Source of the DNA: Bacteroidales bacterium | GTDB taxonomy: Bacteria > Bacteroidota > Bacteroidia > Bacteroidales > UBA10428 | Reading direction: 5' to 3' | DNA: 64,000 bases | Assembly: GCA_016934395.1 (NCBI GenBank) | Contig: JAFGSZ010000030.1 | Span: forward strand, 4,089 to 68,088 | Part shown: one piece after another, positions 1-8,074 of the stretch | Position numbering within the stretch: the stretch's first letter is position 1 | Layout of the letters: every line of letters starts with the position of its first letter | Notes under the pieces: generated by a model | The model's database searches: none | The model's input: only the letters and a program-made list of their open reading frames with translations | Told to the model about the DNA's origin: nothing | Made by a program: the position numbers and the translations under genes

Positions 1-693
1 AAGTTCAAGGGTTGCTGTAAATTCGAGCATAATATTCTCGATATTGGCATTGAAAATACGAGAAACCGTATTTTCCCATGAACGTTCTACTTCTAATTCC
101 TCACCAGTAAGTTTTTGCTTTGTGAGTGCGTTTACATGATGTGCCTCATCGGAAATAAGAACAATTTTCTTGTCTGCAAAATCATCAAACGTTACGCTGT
201 TTTCACGGGGGGTATTTAACCGGGAATGTAAGCCCTGAATGGTTGTGAAATGAATATTAATATCATCATCGTTAACGCTTTCAAAATTATCAACTTCACG
301 AATATTAATAACCTGATTATTAATATTAATTTGTTCGGCAAATAAATATTTAAGTGAAGCTGGATTCAGAAAGTTCTCTTTTGTCTTGCGGATTATGGTA
401 TCGGTATTTACAAAGAAAATAAAATTACGATATCCCATTTTATACAATTCCACAATAGCCCCAGCCATAATTAAAGTTTTTCCGCTTCCGGTGGCCATAT
501 GAAATAATAGTTGAGTTGGTTTACGGCGGTTTTTATACTTGTTCAGGTAGAAACTTAAACGTGCAAAAGCTTCAACCTGATATGGACGGGCTTCGTAACG
601 GATATTTTGTTTAATAACATCGGGGATAACGAGTTCAATAATTTCGTTTTCTACAAGTACATCAAATTCTTTGTCTAAACGTTCTACTGCCAT
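1..693 (-). CDS. res: Type III restriction enzyme Res subunit (SF2 helicase), N-terminal part; the rest of the gene lies left of the window
   Basis: Absent from the ORF track because it is open at the window edge. My reverse translation from the ATG at 693 gives MAVERLDKEFDVLVENEIIELVIPDVIKQNIRYEARPYQVEAFARLSFYLNKYKNRRKPTQLLFHMATGSGKT (Walker A). Near 137-157 it gives ISDEAHH (DEAH box). There is a 1-nt gap to the upstream gene. Confidence 0.8.
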   Translation of the reverse strand, partial: MAVERLDKEFDVLVENEIIELVIPDVIKQNIRYEARPYQVEAFARLSFYLNKYKNRRKPTQLLFHMATGSGKTLIMAGAIVELYKMGYRNFIFFVNTDTIIRKTKENFLNPASLKYLFAEQININNQVINIREVDNFESVNDDDINIHFTTIQGLHSRLNTPRENSVTFDDFADKKIVLISDEAHHVNALTKQKLTGEELEVERSWENTVSRIFNANIENIMLEFTATLEL

Positions 694-694
694 G

Positions 695-1315
695 TTAATT
701 TATAAAGTTTTCAGATAGATGATAATACGCAGTTTTATTTGTTGGATTTTCAGATTTTGGATTATAAAGTATCTTAATATCATCACTATATACTGAAATC
801 AATCCGATATTATGTTCTTTAAAAAGGTTTACATCTACATTCCTAACAAATTCATTTGAAATTGCCAGAAAGCTTTTATGCGAAAAACATTTGTATCTCA
901 ATGCCTGATAGAAACCATCTTTCCAGTTTTTAAGTTTTGCTTCAACGGAAATTACTTTTTTCACTAATGGCTTATAGGTTTTTTCAATAACTAGATAGTT
1001 TTCTTCCTCTTTCAAATAACCTGCCTTATGTAATTTAGATAACAGTTTATTTAAAGTTTTTTTATCAAGGTTATTCTCACTTATCATGTTTGCCGGAGAA
1101 ATCCTTTTACCTTTTATGTTTATATAATTTAACAGATAGAACATCTCGTTAAAATTATTGATTGTAATATCTGGTGGATAATTATTTAAAATAGCACATG
1201 TTAAATCGCAGATGCCATTACCTGAATTGAATTCACGTTTTATTTTAAGGTCTTCGTATAATTGAGAAAAAGAATACTCAATTATAGGAAGCATATCTTT
1301 TTCAAGTTTAAACAT
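695..1315 (-). CDS. Hypothetical 206-aa protein: wHTH-like segment plus a PD-(D/E)xK-like ExK motif
   Basis: Track ORF. It overlaps the kinase gene by 8 nt and ends 1 nt before the res start. LNKLLSKLHKAGYLKEEENYLVI looks like a winged-helix recognition segment. GICDL ... ISVEAKLKNWKDGFYQALRY resembles a D...ExK nuclease core. Confidence 0.6.
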   Translation of the reverse strand: MFKLEKDMLPIIEYSFSQLYEDLKIKREFNSGNGICDLTCAILNNYPPDITINNFNEMFYLLNYINIKGKRISPANMISENNLDKKTLNKLLSKLHKAGYLKEEENYLVIEKTYKPLVKKVISVEAKLKNWKDGFYQALRYKCFSHKSFLAISNEFVRNVDVNLFKEHNIGLISVYSDDIKILYNPKSENPTNKTAYYHLSENFIN

Positions 1316-3356
1316 GACTTGTTTTATTTATTTGGTTAAAAACATTTTGCCAACGTTCAAGATGTTTATAATTATCGGGTTTAAAAACGCCGGGAATTCT
1401 TTTATAATTATTAATTGCTATCTCAATTCTTCTAAGAAAGTAATTTACTCTATCACTTTCATTTGTACTAATTATTTTTTCAACCTCACGATTAATCAAT
1501 TCCAGAAAGTGAAGTTTTGTATTATGGGAAGAAATTAAATCTGGAATGGGTTTGTCTTTACAATAAGTGCATTTGCATTGTCCTAATACTTCTATAATCT
1601 GTTGCAAACGAATGGGGTCTTTCTTTGTAATAGCTATTGTTCCCAATAATTCCGGGAAATAATACCTTTCATACATTTTAAATTGTTCAGTGACTTCTTT
1701 ATATAAATCCTCATAAAAACTCTCGAATCTTGCAGCCCCAGAAGTAAATCCTGTAATACCTGCACATAATAGACCCAAACCCAAAGTATCAAGCCTTCCT
1801 GCAATCACAGGTTTTTGAGTATATTTTTGTAAATCTACTAATGTTTTAATGTAGTGATATATTACAGGTTCAGTAGAGCTTTTATTTATTCCATCAGCAT
1901 AGATAATATATCCTTCACAGTTCATTGCCGCATAAGTATCGAGTAAATCTTTTTGGCTTTGCAAATCTGTTAATGTATTAGCATTAATACAGATTCCAGC
2001 ATAGAGAGGTTTTGAACATAGTGACTCCGTATTATTTCTATACTCAATAGATTCTTTGAGTAATTTAATATCTAAATCAAACCATTCAGCAACTGGGTTG
2101 CGTTTTGAAGTAGGGACAACATTAGTATTATGAGAATAATGATAAGGCGATGTTAGTATATCTGCCTGGAGGTTATATTGTTCATCTAAAACAAGTTTAA
2201 CATATTGCTTTTGGTCGTTATAAGAAGATAAGTAGGAGGGATTAATAACCCTGTAATCAGCAGGACAATAGGGCAATTTTAATAAACCTTTTACATCTGT
2301 ATATGTATCATAAGCTAACCGGATAGTTGAAGGGTCAAACATTAGAGTAATGTTTTCATTATCCTGTACTAATTGTAATAAACCTTTTTGCCTATATTGG
2401 TGGTTTATTGGGAAATTAACAAAAAGTTTATTCTCTGGATTATTTAGAATGAAATCTTCCAATACTGCTTTGTCATCATAAGTACGGACTATGAACCGCT
2501 TAGATAAATCAATTGTAACTTTGGAAATAGATTGACCATTACTTTTAATTGCATAAATTAAGTCATTAATACTTTGAAAACGTTTATAAGACTCTTTTTC
2601 AAGAAGTTTTAATATGATATTTTCATGTGTGTTGGAAATGTTTATATTCCACTTTCGTGGTGGAGTTGGATGCTCATTTTTTATTTTATCAATAAATTCA
2701 GGGACAATTGTTGCGTTATATGGGAAACGACCAGTAAGTAATTCATAAAAAATAAAACCTAATGTATATAAATCGCTGCGAAAATCAATGTGCTTACTAT
2801 CGGTAATTTGTTCAGGAGACATATAAGCAAATGTTCCTAAAATATTACCAGTGCTGGTGATACTAGTGTAATCAATTAGTTTTGACAAACCATAATCTAA
2901 TATTTTTATATCACCATTAGGTTTAACTTTAATGTTTTCAGGTTTTAAATCGCGGTGAATTATATTTGAATCATGAAGGCATTTAACCCCTTCAAGAATG
3001 TTAAGAAATAACTTTTCCTTATCGGAAATACTATTTTTTCTAAGACATTCCCTAAGGGTATCACCCTCAATAAAATCCATTACCAGAAAAACTTGTTGTA
3101 CATTTAAAAGGTCATCCATGAAATGTTCAACATAATCGACAAGAAATGGATGCTTAACATTTTGCATTACATCAATTTCTCTAGTAATACGGTTATCATT
3201 AGATTTTTTAAATTCGGCTAAAACATAGGCTTCACGAAAAACTTTAATGGCAAACGGTTTTGAATTTTTAAACACTTTATAAACAGAACCGAATCCACCT
3301 TCACCAATGAATTCGATAAATTTATATCCGTTAATAGTTTGGCCGATAAGTTCCAT
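1308..3356 (-). CDS. Hanks-type Ser/Thr protein kinase fused to a ~400-aa TGT/DpdA-like (CxCxxC...H) C-terminal domain
   Basis: Kinase motifs: G-loop IGEGGFGSVYKV, AIK (K38), HRDLKPEN (D136), DYG (D154), SPE. The C-terminus has C594-K-C596-T-Y-C599 (nt 1560-1577) followed by H611/H616. The start lies 6 nt after the mod stop. Confidence 0.85.
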   Translation of the reverse strand: MELIGQTINGYKFIEFIGEGGFGSVYKVFKNSKPFAIKVFREAYVLAEFKKSNDNRITREIDVMQNVKHPFLVDYVEHFMDDLLNVQQVFLVMDFIEGDTLRECLRKNSISDKEKLFLNILEGVKCLHDSNIIHRDLKPENIKVKPNGDIKILDYGLSKLIDYTSITSTGNILGTFAYMSPEQITDSKHIDFRSDLYTLGFIFYELLTGRFPYNATIVPEFIDKIKNEHPTPPRKWNINISNTHENIILKLLEKESYKRFQSINDLIYAIKSNGQSISKVTIDLSKRFIVRTYDDKAVLEDFILNNPENKLFVNFPINHQYRQKGLLQLVQDNENITLMFDPSTIRLAYDTYTDVKGLLKLPYCPADYRVINPSYLSSYNDQKQYVKLVLDEQYNLQADILTSPYHYSHNTNVVPTSKRNPVAEWFDLDIKLLKESIEYRNNTESLCSKPLYAGICINANTLTDLQSQKDLLDTYAAMNCEGYIIYADGINKSSTEPVIYHYIKTLVDLQKYTQKPVIAGRLDTLGLGLLCAGITGFTSGAARFESFYEDLYKEVTEQFKMYERYYFPELLGTIAITKKDPIRLQQIIEVLGQCKCTYCKDKPIPDLISSHNTKLHFLELINREVEKIISTNESDRVNYFLRRIEIAINNYKRIPGVFKPDNYKHLERWQNVFNQINKTSHV

Positions 3357-3362
3357 TTTATA

Positions 3363-5303
3363 TTAAAATTTGTTTAAATAAAAAGCCTTGTTCAGATATT
3401 TATCCTCCTTAGAAATTCCAAAAGTTTCATCCTCAATCTCAGAATAATTTACATATAGTTGGTTTTTGTCCAGTGTTTCAAGCAAGAATTTCTTTTGGTC
3501 GTCCGTGGAAAGTGTTTTGAAGGCTTCAATTCGTTCATCAAAAGTTTGTTTATCGAATTGATAACTTAAAAATGCCTTATCTTTCATTAACTGCCATATT
3601 GGAATTAATTTTTCTTTGTTGTCAGCTACCAGAATTTGGTCAACAAAAATTTGGTTGTATTTTGCCAGTTCGCAATAAATGAATGAGCCTCCACCTTGCC
3701 AGTTAACTTCCTTGTAATACCCACTTTCAGCACCCTTAATAGCATTAAAAATTCTTGAAACAGGAATATCTTCTATATAGTCCATTTGTTCAATACCAAT
3801 GAAGAATCTATCCAAAGAAAGTGAGACAGCAGCTGTAGTTCCACTTCCTGCAAAAAAATCTAATACAATATCATGAGGTTGTGTAGAAATCTGTATAATG
3901 TCACGAATTAAATAGGGCGATTTCGGATAACTAAATACTTTTTTGCCAAACTCATTCTTTAATTCATTTGTTCCAGTTTGTCCTGTATAATATGGCTTAT
4001 TCCAAATTGTTTTAGCTTTTTCACCTTGATAATCACTTTCTCGCTCTTTTGTGTACAATTCGATTCCATTTTTTGTTTTTTTGATTTCAATATATTTCTC
4101 AAGTTTTTCCATTAATGTAGTTGGACCCCAACGCCAACACCTTTCAGTACCTTCCTCGTCAATGGGTAATAATTCGATATCAAAAGGAGAAGTTCTTTCT
4201 AAGAAAATTTTACTTTTTTGTTCATTATAGTAAATAGGATAAAAAAGACCTGGTCTATCAGATTTTAATGAATTACTTCCGCTTCTTCTGAAACCTCTAA
4301 GTTTGTAATTACCCCATTTATCAGAGAATTTAAATTGATTCATCTTTTCATCAGATAAACCTAAGGTATTTATACTTGTACAAGTAATGTCCTTTGCATA
4401 GAAAAGCATATTTTCATGAGCTGTTGGGAAAAATTGGTCGTCTTGACGACCACCGGGATTATGCACTACTGAAATAACTCCCATTCTATTTTCTCTTCCA
4501 AAACATTCATCAAGCAAAACACCTAAATAAAACAATTCAAAATGGTCAATTGCAACAACTAAGATTCCATCTCTTTTTAATAAAGATTTGGCAATCTCAA
4601 TTCTATTTTTCATAAATGATAGCCATGCTGAATGATTGAATGTATTGTTATAGCTAAATGTGTTTGCTGCACCACTTGTATTGTAAGGTGGGTCTATATA
4701 TATTAATTTTACTATTCCAGAATACCTCTTTTTAAGTGAAGCTAAAGCTAATAAATTGTTGCCTTTGATTATTAAATTGTCATTATTTGAAATTTCAGTT
4801 ACTTCATGCTCTCCATTTAAATCATATTTCTTCCAATTTGTTAACACCTTGGGGTCAAGTAACCTGTCAATTTCATCAGGAGCGAGGGTCTCATTCCAAA
4901 AAATTTCATTTCTTTTTTGGTCTTCTTTGGTTTGTCCACCTTCTAAAACACAATCTTTGTGTGGCCATGATAGAACAACATCGTTTTTTGAAATTATATA
5001 ATTATCGGTTGTCCCATCGTTAATGGTTAATCCGATTTTGTTTTTAAATGCTGTGTAACTGTCGGGCAGAAATGATTTATTGTTTACAAAACGTTGGAAT
5101 TTAATTTTATCGAATACCAATACACCCTCTACATCTGTAAAGAAGTGCCGTTTCAAGGAATCATTTTTTAATAAATGCTTTATAAGTTTTGGGTCAACCT
5201 GTAAAGCCATCTCCACTATGCGGTTTTTATTGAGTTGACCGTCAATAACTAATGAACCTTCATGATTTAATATATCTATCAGGTCGTTTTGTAAGTTTTG
5301 CAT
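3363..5303 (-). CDS. mod: Type III R-M Mod subunit (beta-class N6-adenine/N4-cytosine DNA methyltransferase)
   Basis: Motif IV IYIDPPYNT precedes motif I DFFAGSGTTAAV, the beta-class order typical of Mod proteins. 646 aa. It heads an operon that ends with res. Confidence 0.9.
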   Translation of the reverse strand: MQNLQNDLIDILNHEGSLVIDGQLNKNRIVEMALQVDPKLIKHLLKNDSLKRHFFTDVEGVLVFDKIKFQRFVNNKSFLPDSYTAFKNKIGLTINDGTTDNYIISKNDVVLSWPHKDCVLEGGQTKEDQKRNEIFWNETLAPDEIDRLLDPKVLTNWKKYDLNGEHEVTEISNNDNLIIKGNNLLALASLKKRYSGIVKLIYIDPPYNTSGAANTFSYNNTFNHSAWLSFMKNRIEIAKSLLKRDGILVVAIDHFELFYLGVLLDECFGRENRMGVISVVHNPGGRQDDQFFPTAHENMLFYAKDITCTSINTLGLSDEKMNQFKFSDKWGNYKLRGFRRSGSNSLKSDRPGLFYPIYYNEQKSKIFLERTSPFDIELLPIDEEGTERCWRWGPTTLMEKLEKYIEIKKTKNGIELYTKERESDYQGEKAKTIWNKPYYTGQTGTNELKNEFGKKVFSYPKSPYLIRDIIQISTQPHDIVLDFFAGSGTTAAVSLSLDRFFIGIEQMDYIEDIPVSRIFNAIKGAESGYYKEVNWQGGGSFIYCELAKYNQIFVDQILVADNKEKLIPIWQLMKDKAFLSYQFDKQTFDERIEAFKTLSTDDQKKFLLETLDKNQLYVNYSEIEDETFGISKEDKYLNKAFYLNKF

Positions 5304-5599
5304 ATTATTAGTTCAATAAAAATTATTTTACAAATTAACATTTTTAGGAACAATTATCAGTTAAATGATCTAAAATCCTTGTATCGGAATATAAACAAAA
5401 CTTGCAAGACAGAAAATAAAAACTATTGCTATTAGGGTGGGCTATATAACATTTTTTCTCAAACTAAAGCAAAATAAAAAATCTCTTATTTCATGTTTAT
5501 TTTATTATTCTTATTCTTATTTTTAAAAACCACTTAATGTCTAGCTACCTAATTTATATTTATAGAATTAATAATTTCAATTTTTTTATATAATAGATT

Positions 5600-6040
5600 T
5601 TATTCTTTTTTATAAAATTCATCTCCAATCAATTCATCAGCATCAAATAAAACATCTTTAGCTTTTACAAATTTCCATAATTGATTCTTTAATGCCATTT
5701 GTAATTGTCCTTTACTATTTAAATCGGCAAATTCAAAAATTACAAATGTTCCAATTTCTTTGTAACTATGGATTTTTGCATTTTTATAGCTACGAACACT
5801 ACGTATTAGATCTTCGTTTATTTTTAAATTTTTAATTTCACCGATAAATTTAGCATTTAAACCATCTGTCTCTAGACTTTTCCAAATTGTTTGATCACCT
5901 GCATGTCTTTCATGTAATACTAATTCTTGCTCAATATTATTTACAGGATCATAGAATGTAGCCCTCCGTGAAAAATATTCGAATTTATTCTTGAAGATAT
6001 TCCCAATATCTTTAACAATTAAATAATGTTTATTTTCCAT
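5600..6040 (-). CDS. Hypothetical protein, 146 aa, no recognisable motif
   Basis: Track ORF in the AT-rich island, flanked by long non-coding spacers (5304-5599, 6041-6466). Confidence 0.5.
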   Translation of the reverse strand: MENKHYLIVKDIGNIFKNKFEYFSRRATFYDPVNNIEQELVLHERHAGDQTIWKSLETDGLNAKFIGEIKNLKINEDLIRSVRSYKNAKIHSYKEIGTFVIFEFADLNSKGQLQMALKNQLWKFVKAKDVLFDADELIGDEFYKKE

Positions 6041-6466
6041 AATAAGATAATATAATTTTTAATTGATAATTGTTATAGGTTCTAGATTCATTAATGTTGT
6101 TTAATTAGTAATAAATAAATTTAACATTTTATAACCCCTAAAACTCTATATTCAAAAATTTGTCTATTTGTTTGTTTTGTTCAAGTTTTCTAAAAAGAAT
6201 CTAATTTATTTATTTTATAGCAATTTATGTAATTTAATGTGTTCATAATTAAATGTGCTATAATGTTGAATTGTCTCATGCAAGTAAATTTATAATCTTT
6301 TATAGTCCTTTTAACTATAATGTAATTTTATTTTATCCTTGTTGCATGTTCTACCAGAATGTAAACGTGATAAGGCTAAGTTAAGATTTCTAATTGTTTT
6401 TTGAGTTGTGCAGATGGTATAATCACTCATTAAAAAAACACACGGATTAACAAAATGTGGCGAGCT

Positions 6467-7069
6467 CTATTTCCACAAAGGTTTCTTTAATGGTGTTTCA
6501 TTTAGCTTTTTTCCGAGACTATCTTTTAAATTATAGATATCTTCTTCATCTGTTGAAATAAAATAGAAATCAGAATTTTCAGAACATAATTTTTTATATT
6601 CTTTTTCTTTTTCGGCTCTCTTTTTTGAATAGTCTTCATCATCCAAACCAAAATGTTCTAAAATAATGGTGCTTCCCCTATGATCATCAATTACAAAATC
6701 AGGTCTTATTTCTTTTTCTAACGTCATTAAAGGTTCATATTGAAAATTCAATCCATTTGCCGTAAGAAAATAACAAATTAATAATTCACTTTTTGATTTA
6801 ACCTTTTGGGAATTAAAATAATATTTACCCTCAAATTTTTGTTTAAACTCGGTTTCCTTCTTCTTTTTGACATAATCAATACTTTTTAAACTCTTTTTGT
6901 GTTCCATTTTCTCTTTCCAATGTTCTTTGCAAAGCGTATGACCTTCGGGAACTTCAATGTCGCAAATTTCACATTTTGGTTTCTGTTTTTCTTTAACGGT
7001 ACAATCCCAACACAGGGGAAACCAGGGTTTTTTTGTTTTTCCACATTCGGGACATATTGTTTTATCCAT
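6467..7069 (-). CDS. Double zinc-ribbon protein with a C-terminal Vsr/DUF559-like (PD-(D/E)xK) endonuclease domain
   Basis: The N-terminus has CPECG..CWDC and CEIC..CKEH. The C-terminus has SKSELLICYFLTANGLNFQYEP...IRPDFVI...IILEHFG, the helix / (R)PDF / (I)E-x-x-G pattern of Vsr/DUF559-type nucleases. Confidence 0.55.
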   Translation of the reverse strand: MDKTICPECGKTKKPWFPLCWDCTVKEKQKPKCEICDIEVPEGHTLCKEHWKEKMEHKKSLKSIDYVKKKKETEFKQKFEGKYYFNSQKVKSKSELLICYFLTANGLNFQYEPLMTLEKEIRPDFVIDDHRGSTIILEHFGLDDEDYSKKRAEKEKEYKKLCSENSDFYFISTDEEDIYNLKDSLGKKLNETPLKKPLWK

Positions 7070-7136
7070 ATTCTTTAATTATAAAAAGTTTTTCTTTCGG
7101 CTGTTTTATCAGATATACCGCAATGTGTACAGTGTT

Positions 7137-7790
7137 TTATTCTTGTATTTTTATTAAGTCTATAAAATCATCTTCTAAATATCTTATCCGCAATGACTTT
7201 GGATGATGTGTCCTAAAGGTCAATCGTGGTAATTTTGAATGCTTTAATCTACATAATTGTCTATTGTTCCAATTGTCAATATTTTCAAAAGATATTTCGT
7301 TAAAAATTGATTTTATTCTTTGGTCAAAAGAAGGCCCTGTAAAAAAGATACAGATGTTAGGTTTTAAAATTTCAATCTCATTGATTAATAAAGAATCAAG
7401 TTTTGAAATTTCTAATTCATAGTCACCATAAGGTCTATTAGCGTCCAAATCAAACTTATTAATGTTTGTCCATACACACGAATACTCCACATTTCCTAAG
7501 GCTAATTCAATCTTTCGAGTAATATTCCAAAATGGAGATGAATAGTAATCAATCCCTAAATTGAAATCTTGATAAGTTTTCATTTGATTATCTATATCAT
7601 CTGCATGATAAGTCCAGCCATTTGTCTGTTGTCCAATAATCATTAAACGTTTTGGTTGATTTAGATATAAATCATTTGGAGACATAAGAATCGGTCCTGC
7701 CAAGTCATCATCTGGAAATCTCTCAACAATCTGTTTGAAATCATTAATCCTTGATTGGTAAATCTGTTTTAATTGCTCATTTATTGTCAT
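7137..7790 (-). CDS. Hypothetical protein with uracil-DNA-glycosylase-superfamily-like motifs
   Basis: LMIIGQQTNGW resembles UDG motif A (G-E/Q-x-P-G region). A C-terminal THHPKSL resembles motif B (HPS). The size (217 aa) fits. Assignment rests on motifs only. Confidence 0.45.
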   Translation of the reverse strand: MTINEQLKQIYQSRINDFKQIVERFPDDDLAGPILMSPNDLYLNQPKRLMIIGQQTNGWTYHADDIDNQMKTYQDFNLGIDYYSSPFWNITRKIELALGNVEYSCVWTNINKFDLDANRPYGDYELEISKLDSLLINEIEILKPNICIFFTGPSFDQRIKSIFNEISFENIDNWNNRQLCRLKHSKLPRLTFRTHHPKSLRIRYLEDDFIDLIKIQE

Positions 7791-8074
7791 AGTATCGTTT
7801 CTTTAACATGGTACACAACTAATCTATAACTTTACATTATTTTTAATAACATATACTTATAAATGTATTATGATCTCCTTTTATATGTACATGCAAAATA
7901 TTTATTATTTAATAATGTTACAATTACATAGAACAATAGTAATATCTTTTCCTTAACCCCAAATAAATGTAAATATTATCACAATATAAACCATAAATTT
8001 ATTGGAATTTTCACCTCCATGCAAATTACATTTAACTATTATAAAATATAATCCACTGGTTTTACCAATAAACT

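Noticed and set aside
1314-5023. Plus-strand ORFs inside the kinase and mod genes (1314-1538, 4756-5001, 4787-5023)
   Set aside because: They are antisense to long, motif-rich genes, and their translations are low-complexity and hydrophobic or odd. I treat them as frame shadows.
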